Below are positions 28,422 through 37,493 of a stretch of DNA of 64,000 nt, piece after piece. A program made the translations under genes and the position numbers. The notes under the pieces were generated by a model. The model was not told where the DNA came from and searched no databases. It worked only from the letters and a program-made list of their open reading frames with translations. The DNA lies in contig CAMEWL010000003.1 in the NCBI GenBank assembly GCA_945941025.1, positions 3,373 to 67,372 on the forward strand, written 5' to 3'. This stretch comes from an uncultured Prevotellaceae bacterium (GTDB taxonomy: Bacteria; Bacteroidota; Bacteroidia; Bacteroidales; Bacteroidaceae). How positions within the stretch are numbered: the first letter of the stretch is position 1; every line of letters begins with the position of its first letter.

Positions 28422-29276
28422 TCAACCCTTCACATTAATAACTATCCTTCTGTATGAGCATAGATTAGGCTGTGCATTGTCACTTACCTTTAATATTATA
28501 TGGATGGTCTTGCCTCGTGCTTCCTCGGGAATTAGAATGTGCGTTCTCTCTGTGTTAGGGCTTTCTAATAGTAAATCTCCTTTGTATGAGGATGGCTCTT
28601 TGTAAAACTGCCACACAAATGACAAAGGATTATCATCCGGGTCAAAACTGTTCTCTGCATTCAGGCATAGTTCTTGGCCTGCTTTAGCTGAAACAGTGAT
28701 AATATTTCGTGACTTGTCATTCCCAATGACAGCCACAGGATGATGATTGGCATCAGAATAATTATTTGTCACTGTCCATGCCATTCGGGCCATGAAGTCA
28801 TTATGAATATCATCAGTCCAGATGTTTATTGCCCTGCCTCCCTCTTCCGATGCACCAAACATCAGATAAGGGGCATACTGCATCTCGTCCAGATTGTTTC
28901 TCCTGACCCAATCCATACTTTCGATATTCTCCTTCCGAATACAGGAGAATCGGCCTCCCCAACCACCATAGTCGATGTGTTCTGGGCAGTTGAGGCCATT
29001 ATTAATGCAATATAAGAATGAGGGGGAATCACCTTCAGTGGCCCATATTCTCGAAGCATACACCTTTCCCAACGGACCTACCTCTTGTACATGTTTCCTA
29101 TACCATTCATCATTCTTAGGCCAACCATATACACTCTTGTTACTACATCAAACCACAACCTTTTTGCGCGAGAGGAGTTTTTGCACCAGTTGTTTTTCTT
29201 CTTTAATCTCAGGCTCTTCGAGCCAGAAATATTTCTGAGCCGACAGGATCCAAAGATTGTCCTGATGATTCTCCAT
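28422..29276 (-). pseudogene. DUF1593 / Sde182-type (nucleoside-hydrolase-like plus Ig-like) gene remnant
   Basis: EGDSPSFLY...GGWGGRF and NHHPVAVI...DPDDNPLSFVWQFYKE match my recollection of the family. The reading frame from ATG 29276 carries an in-frame TGA at 29148-29150. The expected N-terminal ~150-200 aa are absent. Confidence 0.55.
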
Positions 29277-29396
29277 GATTTCTGCTCCAAAGGAGCATGG
29301 GGAGAGAATCAGAACGGTGGGCAAAGCATTGGCTACGCAAAATTATGTGTCATTTCTTTTGCACGATAGCAATAAATAGCTATCTTTGCATTAAGC

Positions 29397-29867
29397 ATGA
29401 TGAAAAACAACGGTATGGAGAAATACAGGAAATGGGGCTGCGGATGCCTTTACAGTATAATCGGTATTGCGATTGTCGCTGCCATATACTATGGTAACGT
29501 ATCTTCAGACGGTGCCCCTGCTGACACTTTCCAGTCACAGGATACTGCAGGCACTCTTCTGACTGCTCCTTATGGCAAAGCTGTGTACAATCAACAAAGG
29601 AAAGACAAAGAAAGGCCCACTGACGAGGCTTACCGCAAAGGGTATGACGAAGGGTTTGAACAAGGCAAGAGCGATGGCAAGATAGGATTCAGTCATGCCC
29701 ACAACTATGATGACTCCAACAAATACCAGGGCTCTTACAGTAAGAGATACAAGAAGGGATATGAGGACGGGTATGAGGAAGGCTACATTGAAGGATGGAC
29801 CGACTATGAGGACGCCCAGGAGGAGGAGAACGAAGATGAGGATGAGGACATTACAGATGACTGGTAA
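29397..29867 (+). CDS. Hypothetical membrane-anchored protein with an acidic tail
   Basis: One TM segment (CLYSIIGIAIVAAIYY), repeated KGY(D/E)(D/E)G(F/Y)E(Q/E)G motifs and a C-terminal EEENEDEDED run. The TATCTTTG box at 29381-29388 lies only 8 nt upstream, so the leader is very short. Confidence 0.6.
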   Translation: MMKNNGMEKYRKWGCGCLYSIIGIAIVAAIYYGNVSSDGAPADTFQSQDTAGTLLTAPYGKAVYNQQRKDKERPTDEAYRKGYDEGFEQGKSDGKIGFSHAHNYDDSNKYQGSYSKRYKKGYEDGYEEGYIEGWTDYEDAQEEENEDEDEDITDDW

Positions 29868-29924
29868 TGGCTGAGCAAAGTTGAGTAAAATCATTATTTA
29901 TTTGGTTGATCAGATTTAATTTTA

Positions 29925-29932
29925 TATCTTTG
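29925..29932 (+). promoter_or_regulatory. -7 box TATCTTTG upstream of the DUF853 gene
   Basis: Exact TAnnTTTG match, ~45 nt upstream of the ATG at 29977. Confidence 0.55.
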
Positions 29933-29976
29933 TAGCACATTAACCCACCTAAAACAATAACTAACACTAAATAATC

Positions 29977-31515
29977 ATGTACGATAAAGAACGCGGACTT
30001 TACATTGCCCATTCAGAGAACGGGGCATTATCAATATTAGGAAAGATGGCTAACCGTCACGGACTTATTGCCGGCGCTACCGGTACTGGTAAGACGGTGA
30101 CTCTGCAAGTGATGGCCGAGACATTCTGTCAGAACGGCGTGCCTTGTTTCATGGCCGATATGAAGGGCGACCTCAGCGGTATATCACAGGCAGGACAGAT
30201 GAACTCATTCATTGAGAAGCGTATGCCTGAGTTTGGCATAGAGAACCCTGAGTTCCAGCCATGCCCGGTGAGGTTCTATGACGTGTTTGGTGAGCAGGGA
30301 CATCCCATGCGTGCCACCATATCACAGATGGGACCGCAGCTGCTGTCACGACTGCTCGGACTGAACGAGACACAGGACGGTGTGCTGAACATAGTGTTCC
30401 GCATAGCCGATGATCGCGGACTGCTGCTGCTTGATCTGAAAGACCTGCGCGCCATGCTCAACTGGGTGTCAAAGCATGCAAAGGAGTACACCACCACCTA
30501 CGGCAACATATCAACACAGACGGTGGGAGCCATACAAAGGGCACTGCTGCAACTGGAGAACCAGGGTGCGGACAAGTTCTTCGGCGAGCCGTCGTTTGAC
30601 ATCAACGACCTCATGCAGTGTGAGGGCGGCAAGGGTGTGATGAGCGTACTGGCGGCTGACAAGCTGATGATGCAGCCCAAGCTCTACTCCACCTTCCTGC
30701 TGTGGCTGCTCAGCGAACTCTACTCCACCCTTCCAGAGGTGGGCGACATGGAGAAGCCAAAGCTGGTATTCTTCTTTGACGAGGCGCACATGCTCTTTGA
30801 CGGTACCAGCAAGGCACTGCTCGACAAGATAGAGCAGGTGATACGCCTGATACGCTCCAAGGGTGTGGGCATATACTTCATATCTCAGCTGCCTACGGAC
30901 ATTCCCGAGAACATACTGGGACAGCTGGGCAACCGCGTGCAGCACGCCCTGCGCGCCTACACCCCTAAGGACCAGAAGGCAGTGAAGACCGCCGCCGACA
31001 CCTTCAGGGCCAACCCTGACTTCAAGACCGACGAGGCCATCATGAACCTGGAGACGGGCGAGGCTCTGGTGAGCTTCCTTGACGAGAAAGGCGCGCCTAC
31101 GGTGGTTGAGAGAGCCAAGATACTGTTCCCGCTCAGTCAGATAGGAGCAGTGACAGAGGCTCAGCGCTCAGACATCATCCAGCGGAGCAGCATAAAGGGC
31201 AAGTATGACACCCCTGTTGACCGTGAGAGTGCCTTCGAGCAACTGATAGCCGAGGCTGAGGAGAACGAAGCCGAGAACGAGGGCAAGGGCAAGGCTGGCA
31301 AGGAGAAGCCCGGACTGATGAAGAAGATATGTAAGGGTATCATCACCGCCATAACGGGAACGCTGGCAGCCATGCTCGGCACCTACGTCAGCGACAAGAT
31401 TACGGGCAAGAAGTCCAAGAGCAGCGGTTCGCTCACCGGCCGCATGGCGAAGAACGCCACCAGCTCTGTGACACGCACCATCACCCGCGACATACTGGGC
31501 AACATAATAAAATAG
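29977..31515 (+). CDS. HerA-like P-loop ATPase (DUF853/YjgR family)
   Basis: Walker A GATGTGKT near the N-terminus, Walker [10 protein letters not shown], and a basic C-terminal tail with a hydrophobic segment. Confidence 0.8.
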   Translation: MYDKERGLYIAHSENGALSILGKMANRHGLIAGATGTGKTVTLQVMAETFCQNGVPCFMADMKGDLSGISQAGQMNSFIEKRMPEFGIENPEFQPCPVRFYDVFGEQGHPMRATISQMGPQLLSRLLGLNETQDGVLNIVFRIADDRGLLLLDLKDLRAMLNWVSKHAKEYTTTYGNISTQTVGAIQRALLQLENQGADKFFGEPSFDINDLMQCEGGKGVMSVLAADKLMMQPKLYSTFLLWLLSELYSTLPEVGDMEKPKLVFFFDEAHMLFDGTSKALLDKIEQVIRLIRSKGVGIYFISQLPTDIPENILGQLGNRVQHALRAYTPKDQKAVKTAADTFRANPDFKTDEAIMNLETGEALVSFLDEKGAPTVVERAKILFPLSQIGAVTEAQRSDIIQRSSIKGKYDTPVDRESAFEQLIAEAEENEAENEGKGKAGKEKPGLMKKICKGIITAITGTLAAMLGTYVSDKITGKKSKSSGSLTGRMAKNATSSVTRTITRDILGNIIK

Positions 31516-31543
31516 ACATACGCCGCCTCACTGAGGCTGAGAC

Positions 31544-31591
31544 AAAAAAAGAGGGCTGCCACCTTACCGGAAACCGGGGGTGACAGCCCTC
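31544..31591 (-). terminator. Rho-independent terminator of glnN
   Basis: 13-bp stem GAGGGCTG(C/T)CACC with one mismatch, followed on the minus strand by a T-run (A7 on the plus strand at 31544-31550). Confidence 0.7.
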
Positions 31592-31605
31592 ATAATATGA
31601 AACAA

Positions 31606-33828
31606 TTATCTTATAAACAGCATCTCGCGATACTTAGGCAGAGTCCATACCTCATCGTCCACCTTGGCCTCAAGCTTGTCGATGTGGTAACGTATCTGAT
31701 CCATCAGCGGCTCCACGGTGTCGTGGTAGGCAATAGCCTTCTCACGCTCAGAGGCTATCTTGTTAGCCACCTTGCGGGCCTCGGTGAGCTGCAGGCATCC
31801 CTCCTCGATGGTCTTCACACGCTGTGAAATCTCAGATATAAGAGCGAGGTTGCTGGCCGCAACGGTCTTAAACTCATCCTCAGGCAATATCTGCTTCAGG
31901 GCAGCCACGTTCTGCGCCAGTTTGGTCTGGTAAGCCACCACCTGAGGTATGATGTGGTTGATGCTGAGGTCACCGAAAATGCGCGCCTCTATCTGTATCT
32001 TCTTCGTGTAGGTCTCCCACTTTATCTCGTTGCGGGCCTCAAGCTCCTTCCTCGTCATGACACCGAGGCTCTCAAACATCTGGATAGACTCCTTGTCAAG
32101 ATAACGGTCGAAGATTTTAGGACAAGACTTCTCCACGTCAAGTCCGCGCTTCTCAGCCTCAGCCACCCACTCGTCAGAGTAGCCGTTACCGTCGAAACGT
32201 ATTGCCTTGCAGGTCTTGATGTCCTCACGCAGCACGCTGACAATGGCGTGGTACTTGGCGGTGTGGCCGGTACCCTCAGCAAACTCAGGACGGCCGGAGA
32301 ACTCCTCAATGCGCTTGTCCACACGCTGCTTGAAGTCAACCAGAGCCTCAGCCACAGCAGAGTTAAGGGCTATCATGGCACTGGCGCAGTTAGCCTCAGA
32401 ACCTACGGCACGGAACTCAAAGCGGTTGCCGGTGAAGGCGAACGGAGAGGTGCGGTTGCGGTCAGTATTGTCTATCAACAGCTCAGGTATGGCAGGTATG
32501 CCGAGCTTCAGGCCAGACTTGGCACTGATAGCTATGCTGTCATCCTTAGTGTTCTCCAGATGGTCAAGTATCTCAGTGAGTTGCTTGCCGAGGAACGAGC
32601 TGACAATAGCCGGCGGAGCCTCGTTGGCACCCAGACGGTGGGCGTTGGTGGCACTCATGATAGAGGCCTTGAGCAGACCGTTATGCTTATACACACCCAT
32701 CAGTGTCTCCACTACGAAGGTAACGAAACGCAGGTTGCCTATCTCGTCCTTGGCAGGAGCGTGGAGCAGTATGCCGTTGTCGGTAGAGAGCGACCAGTTA
32801 TTGTGCTTACCAGAGCCGTTCACGCCGTCAAACGGCTTCTCGTGGAGCAGACAGCGGAAACCGTGCTTGCGTGCCACCTTCTTCATCAATGACATGATGA
32901 GCATATTGTGGTCAACGGCAAGGTTAGTCTCCTCGAATATCGGAGCCAGCTCAAACTGGTTTGGCGCAACCTCGTTATGACGTGTCTTGCAAGGTATGCC
33001 CAGTTCAAGAGCCTGTATCTCCAAATCCTTCATAAACGCCGCCACACGCTCAGGGATGGCACCGAAGTAATGGTCGTCCATCTGCTGGTCCTTGGCAGAG
33101 GAGTGACCCATAAGGGTACGACCTGTAAGGAGCAGGTCAGGGCGTGCAGAGTAGAGTCCCTCGTCAACGAGGAAGTACTCCTGCTCCCATCCGAGGTTTG
33201 AAATGACCTTCCTCACCTCAGGGTTGAAGTAATGCACCACCTCTGTGGCAGCCTTGTTGACAGCGCTCAGTGCCTTGAGCAACGGAGTCTTATAGTCAAG
33301 CGCCTCACCTGTGTAAGAGATGAAGACGGTAGGAATCATCAGTGTATCGCCGATGACGAAGACAGGAGACGTAGGGTCCCATGCCGAGTAGCCGCGCGCC
33401 TCAAAGGTAGAGCGTATGCCGCCAGATGGGAACGAGGATGCGTCAGGCTCCTGCTGCACGAGGCTCTTGCCCTCAAACTCCTCAATCATACCACCTTTCC
33501 AGTCGTGCTCCACGAAAGCGTCATGCTTCTCTGCCGTGGTGTCGGTAAGAGGCTGGAACCAGTGGGTACAGTGGGTAGCACCCAGCTCCATGGCCCATTT
33601 CTTCATACCCTCAGCCACCTTGTCGGCAGTGGCACGGTCGAGCGGTGCGCCATTATCTATCACGTCAAGCATCTTGTCATATACCTTCTTAGGCAGATAC
33701 TTGAACATCTTCTGCTTGTTGAACACATACTTTCCAAAGAACTCTGAAGGACGCTCGGCTGGTGCCGGAACATCAACAGGCTGCTTCTTGAAAGCCTCAC
33801 CTACTACCTGAAATCTTAAGTTTTCCAT
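31606..33828 (-). CDS. glnN: Glutamine synthetase type III
   Basis: MENLRFQVVGEAFKK...FGKYVFNKQKMFKYLPKKVYDKMLDVI... and ~740 aa are typical of Bacteroidota GSIII. The ORF-track N-terminal extension (IVPIVPIV) is a translated tandem repeat and was removed. Confidence 0.93.
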   Translation of the reverse strand: MENLRFQVVGEAFKKQPVDVPAPAERPSEFFGKYVFNKQKMFKYLPKKVYDKMLDVIDNGAPLDRATADKVAEGMKKWAMELGATHCTHWFQPLTDTTAEKHDAFVEHDWKGGMIEEFEGKSLVQQEPDASSFPSGGIRSTFEARGYSAWDPTSPVFVIGDTLMIPTVFISYTGEALDYKTPLLKALSAVNKAATEVVHYFNPEVRKVISNLGWEQEYFLVDEGLYSARPDLLLTGRTLMGHSSAKDQQMDDHYFGAIPERVAAFMKDLEIQALELGIPCKTRHNEVAPNQFELAPIFEETNLAVDHNMLIMSLMKKVARKHGFRCLLHEKPFDGVNGSGKHNNWSLSTDNGILLHAPAKDEIGNLRFVTFVVETLMGVYKHNGLLKASIMSATNAHRLGANEAPPAIVSSFLGKQLTEILDHLENTKDDSIAISAKSGLKLGIPAIPELLIDNTDRNRTSPFAFTGNRFEFRAVGSEANCASAMIALNSAVAEALVDFKQRVDKRIEEFSGRPEFAEGTGHTAKYHAIVSVLREDIKTCKAIRFDGNGYSDEWVAEAEKRGLDVEKSCPKIFDRYLDKESIQMFESLGVMTRKELEARNEIKWETYTKKIQIEARIFGDLSINHIIPQVVAYQTKLAQNVAALKQILPEDEFKTVAASNLALISEISQRVKTIEEGCLQLTEARKVANKIASEREKAIAYHDTVEPLMDQIRYHIDKLEAKVDDEVWTLPKYREMLFIR

Positions 33829-33858
33829 AAAATCAATCTTTTTATTTATTATTAATAG

Positions 33859-33930
33859 TATAGGGACTATAGATACTATAGGAACTATAGGAACTATAAA
33901 AACTATAGTCACTATAAGGACTATATCACA
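33859..33930. repeat. Eight tandem 9-bp units (TATAGGAAC consensus) filling the dapL-glnN spacer
   Basis: Units read tatagggac tatagatac tataggaac tataggaac tataaaaac tatagtcac tataaggac tatatcaca. The last unit contains the dapL stop codon (33926-33928). Confidence 0.9.
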
Positions 33931-35158
33931 ACTTCTCTCTTATCCTGCGCAGAGCCTCCTCGGTGTTCTCCCTGGTGCCGAAGGCTGTGAGGCGCACGTA
34001 TCCCTCACCTGACGGACCGAAGCCCACTCCAGGAGTGCATACAACACCGGCAGTGTAAAGCATCTCCTCAAAGAACTGCCATGAGCCCTTGCCGCCCAGA
34101 GTTTTCATCCAAATGTAAGGGGCGTTCTCGCCGCCATACACCTCATAACCCAGTGAGCGCAGCGTAGTGAGCATCAGGCGGGCATTATCCATATAGTAGT
34201 CTATCACTGCCTTCACCTGCTTCTTGCCCTCGGGTGAGTATATGGCCTCGGCGGCGCGCTGCGATATATAGCTGGTGCCGTTAAACTTGGTGCACTGCCT
34301 GCGCAGCCACAACTGGTTGGCTGAGACGCGGTTGCCGTCGAAGTCTGAGAGCGTCAGTTCCTTTGGCACCACGGTGTAGCCGCAGCGTATGCCGGTGAAG
34401 CCAGCCGTCTTGGAGAAACTATGAAACTCCACAGCGCACTTTCTCGCTCCGCGTATCTCATATATGCTGTGAGGGATGTCGGGGTCTTGTATGTAAGCCT
34501 CGTATGCTGCATCATAAAGTATCAAGGCATCGTTCTTCAACGCATAGTTCACCCACTTGCGCAGCTCCGCCTTCGTTATCACGGTACCTGTGGGGTTGTT
34601 AGGGTAACACAGGTATATTATATCAAGCGGACGGCCGCCTGGTATCTGCGGCACAAAGCCGTTCTCCGCAGTGGTAGGCATATAGGTCACGTTAGACCAT
34701 CCGCCGTCCTCCTTGTGCGAGCCGCAGCGACCTATCATGACATTAGAGTCAATATATACAGGATAGACAGGGTCGGTCATGCCGATGTGGTCATCCCAGT
34801 GGAGCAGCTCCTGGAAGTTGCCCGTGTCGCTCTTCGCGCCGTCGTTGATGAATATCTCATCAATGTCAAGGCGCACTCCGCGCGGCAGGAAGTCGTTCTT
34901 CAGTATGGCCTCGCGCAAGAAGTCGTAGCCCTGCTCCGGCCCGTAGCCACGGAAGCCCTCTGCCGTAGCCATCTCGTCAGCGGCACGGTGCATGGCCTCT
35001 ATAACAGCCGGACAGAGCGGCTGCGTCACATCGCCTATGCCGAGTGATATGACATCCACCTTAGGATGCGTCACCTTGTATGCGTTTACCTTCTTTGCTA
35101 TGTCAGCAAACAGGTAGTTGTTCTGCAAGTTTAAGAAATGTACGTTTACTAATGCCAT
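33926..35158 (-). CDS. dapL: LL-diaminopimelate aminotransferase
   Basis: [28 protein letters not shown]...[10 protein letters not shown]... and 410 aa match the DapL family. Confidence 0.9.
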   Translation of the reverse strand: MALVNVHFLNLQNNYLFADIAKKVNAYKVTHPKVDVISLGIGDVTQPLCPAVIEAMHRAADEMATAEGFRGYGPEQGYDFLREAILKNDFLPRGVRLDIDEIFINDGAKSDTGNFQELLHWDDHIGMTDPVYPVYIDSNVMIGRCGSHKEDGGWSNVTYMPTTAENGFVPQIPGGRPLDIIYLCYPNNPTGTVITKAELRKWVNYALKNDALILYDAAYEAYIQDPDIPHSIYEIRGARKCAVEFHSFSKTAGFTGIRCGYTVVPKELTLSDFDGNRVSANQLWLRRQCTKFNGTSYISQRAAEAIYSPEGKKQVKAVIDYYMDNARLMLTTLRSLGYEVYGGENAPYIWMKTLGGKGSWQFFEEMLYTAGVVCTPGVGFGPSGEGYVRLTAFGTRENTEEALRRIREKL

Positions 35159-35163
35159 GTCTT

Positions 35164-35287
35164 TGGTCGTTTGGTCGTTTGGTCGTTTGGTTGTTTCGTC
35201 GTTTGGTCGTTTGGTTGTTTCGTCGTTTGGTCGTTTGGTTGTTTCGTCGTTTGGTCGTTTGGTCGTTTGGTCGTTTGGTCGTTTGGT
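35164..35287. repeat. 15.5 tandem 8-bp units (TGGTCGTT; 24-bp higher-order variant) immediately upstream of the dapL ATG
   Basis: Read directly: tggtcgtt x3, then (tggttgtt tcgtcgtt tggtcgtt) x3, then tggtcgtt x3, then tggt. On the dapL mRNA sense strand this is (AACGACCA)n, ending 5 nt before the AUG. Confidence 0.9.
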
Positions 35288-35288
35288 A

Positions 35289-35322
35289 CTCCCTCCCTCA
35301 CAGGGAGGGTTGGGGTGGGTCT
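35289..35322 (+). repeat. G-rich hairpin repeat CTCCCTCCCTCACAGGGAGGGTTGGGGTGGGTCT
   Basis: 7-bp stem CCCTCCC/GGGAGGG with loop TCACA. The four G-tracts GGGAGGGTTGGGGTGGG fit the G4 pattern. It differs at 1 of 34 nt from 47261-47294. The dapF stop codon (35298-35300) lies in the loop. Confidence 0.85.
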
Positions 35323-36119
35323 GTTATCTCCCCGTCAAACACGAACTCTGCCGGTCCCGTCATATATACATGGTTGTCAGCCTCGCTCCACTCTATGCTG
35401 AGCGTGCCGCCGTCCATCACTATCTGTGACACCCTGCCAGCCCTGCCCGTCAGCGCCGCTGCCACTGCCGTGGCGCAGGCTCCCGTGCCGCAGGCCTCTG
35501 TTATTCCGCTGCCACGCTCCCATACACGGGTGCGTATCTTTCCGTCAGGCTCCACACGAGCAAACTCTATGTTACACCGCTGGGGGAAAGCCTGGTGCCG
35601 CTCCAGCACCGGCCCGAGCTCAGCCACTTGGTCTATGGTATTGGTGAAGATGACGTAATGCGGATTACCCATTGAGACAAACGTGCCTTGCATGGGTGTG
35701 TCGCAACCAGTAAACAGTTCTTCGTTCTCAAACGCCGGCTCAAGCATGTCAACCGTCACGCTCTCCACTATGCCGCCACTTACGCTGAGCCTCAACGTCT
35801 TGATACCCGAGAGAGTCTGCAGATGTATCTCTGTCTTGTCGGTAAGTCCGCGCTCATACAGATACTTGCCTATGCAGCGCGACGCATTGCCACACATCAT
35901 AGCCTCAGAGCCGTCAGCATTGAAGATACGCATGGAGAAGTCGGCACCCTCCACCGTAGCCCTGTCTATCAGCACGAGACCATCGGAGCCTATGCCCTTG
36001 TGGCGGTCGCTCCAGGCCGTGGTTGCCGCATAGAGATCTGTTATGTCATTCTCCATGGCGTTGACGTATATGTAGTCATTACCGCAGCCGTGCATCTTGG
36101 TGAACTTTATCTTACTCAT
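35298..36119 (-). CDS. dapF: Diaminopimelate epimerase
   Basis: [19 protein letters not shown]... and the second catalytic-Cys region ...[16 protein letters not shown]. The start at 36119 overlaps the end of gltD by 8 nt. The last ~10 codons are read from the hairpin repeat. Confidence 0.9.
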   Translation of the reverse strand: MSKIKFTKMHGCGNDYIYVNAMENDITDLYAATTAWSDRHKGIGSDGLVLIDRATVEGADFSMRIFNADGSEAMMCGNASRCIGKYLYERGLTDKTEIHLQTLSGIKTLRLSVSGGIVESVTVDMLEPAFENEELFTGCDTPMQGTFVSMGNPHYVIFTNTIDQVAELGPVLERHQAFPQRCNIEFARVEPDGKIRTRVWERGSGITEACGTGACATAVAAALTGRAGRVSQIVMDGGTLSIEWSEADNHVYMTGPAEFVFDGEITDPPQPSL

Positions 36120-37464
36120 CCTTAGAAAGGTATTTATCCACATCGTCAGCAGTCTTCAAGCCGCTGGCTATGGCTCTTACCACGAGTGACGCGCCGCTCT
36201 TGGCATCGCCACACACAAAGACATTCTCTGGATACTCAGGGTGTTCAGGCTTGAGGAAGCCCATGGCGAGCAACACCAGCTCTGCCTTTATCTCCTCTGG
36301 CTCACCAGCCTCCACCATGATGGGGCGGCCACCCTCAGGGTTTGGTTTCCAGTCGATAGGCTGCACACGGACGGCACTGACACGTCCCTCACCGTCACCT
36401 ATGAACTCCAGAGTATTGATGTTCCAGCGACGGGTACAACCCTCCTCATGCGATGACGTGGTCTTGAGTATTACCGGCCAGTTAGGCCAGGGAGTGTTTG
36501 CGTTGTGTCCTACCGGGGGCTTGGGCATTATCTCTATCTGCGTCACGCTCTTGCATCCCTGACGGTGGGCCGTGCCAATGCAGTCTGAGCCTGTGTCGCC
36601 ACCGCCTATCACGAGTACGTTCTTACCCTTGGCGGTGACACGCTCCTCCTTTGAGTACTCCGCACCGGCCAGCACACGGTTCTGCTGTGAGAGCAGCTCA
36701 AGGGCAAGGTGTACGCCTTTCAGCTCACGACCTGGGACATTGAGGTTACGGGCTGTCGGAGTGCCGGTGGCTATGACTACTGCGTCATAGTCAGCTGCTA
36801 TCGCGCTTACATCGTCTATCTGCTCACCATACTTGAACGTCACGCCCTCCTGCTCCATCAAACTGATGCGGCGGTCTATCACGCTCTTGTTGAGCTTGAA
36901 GTTAGGTATGCCGTAGCGCAGCAGTCCGCCAGCCGCCTCGTTCTTGTCATACACGGTAACGGCATAGCCGGCAATGTTTAGTTGCTCTGCAGCTGCAAGT
37001 CCGGCAGGACCTGCGCCTATCACAGCCACGCGCTTGCCGCCATGCTGCGGCCGTCTCACTGTTACGTAACCCTCCTGCCAGGCACGCTCTGCTATGGCAC
37101 ACTCGTTCTCACGGTTGGTGACAGCCTCGCCCGTGGTGAGATAGAGCACGCAGGCCTTCTCACACAGCGCGGGACAGATGCGTCCGGTGAACTCAGGGAA
37201 AGGATTGGTCTTTCTCAGTATCTTGTATGCCTTCTCCCACTCACCGTGGTAGAGGGCGTCATTCCACTCAGAGTCTTTGTTGCCCAGCGGACAAGCCCAG
37301 TGGCAGAACGGCACTCCGCAGTCCATGCAGCGTGATGCCTGCTCCTGACGGTCGCGCGTGTTGAGCGTCTGCTCCACCTCGCCGAAGTCATGTATGCGGT
37401 CGTTAACAGGTCTGTATCCAGCCTCCTTGCGAGGCACGGTAAGAAATGCTTTAGGATTTCCCAT
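36112..37464 (-). CDS. gltD: Glutamate synthase (NADPH) small subunit
   Basis: Fe-S cysteine cluster [17 protein letters not shown] and the dinucleotide fold [14 protein letters not shown]. Confidence 0.93.
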   Translation of the reverse strand: MGNPKAFLTVPRKEAGYRPVNDRIHDFGEVEQTLNTRDRQEQASRCMDCGVPFCHWACPLGNKDSEWNDALYHGEWEKAYKILRKTNPFPEFTGRICPALCEKACVLYLTTGEAVTNRENECAIAERAWQEGYVTVRRPQHGGKRVAVIGAGPAGLAAAEQLNIAGYAVTVYDKNEAAGGLLRYGIPNFKLNKSVIDRRISLMEQEGVTFKYGEQIDDVSAIAADYDAVVIATGTPTARNLNVPGRELKGVHLALELLSQQNRVLAGAEYSKEERVTAKGKNVLVIGGGDTGSDCIGTAHRQGCKSVTQIEIMPKPPVGHNANTPWPNWPVILKTTSSHEEGCTRRWNINTLEFIGDGEGRVSAVRVQPIDWKPNPEGGRPIMVEAGEPEEIKAELVLLAMGFLKPEHPEYPENVFVCGDAKSGASLVVRAIASGLKTADDVDKYLSKDE

Positions 37465-37493
37465 AATTATCTTATACGAATTATATTCAACGA

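Noticed and set aside
29148-29150. The in-frame TGA in the DUF1593-like frame might be a selenocysteine or programmed read-through codon.
   Set aside because: No SECIS-like hairpin follows it. The family is not known to me as a selenoprotein family, and the gene also lacks its N-terminal domain. A pseudogene is the simpler reading.
31954-32892. Long antisense ORFs inside highly expressed core genes: 31954..32892 and 32207..32980 in glnN, 39897..40874 in gltB, 43788..44954 in pyrG, 47348..47986 in asnB, and 34421..35047 in dapL.
   Set aside because: Each lies wholly within a confidently identified gene on the opposite strand. Their products are low-complexity and rich in Leu, Arg and Val, typical of shadow frames. 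None has a promoter box.
33829-33912. N-terminal extension of glnN (MTIVFIVPIVPIVSIVPILL...) and the ORFs 35080..35658, 35118..35429 and 35171..35401 (GRLVVW/FGRLVV repeats).
   Set aside because: These peptides are direct translations of the 9-bp and 8-bp tandem DNA repeats. The canonical GSIII N-terminus begins at the ATG at 33828.
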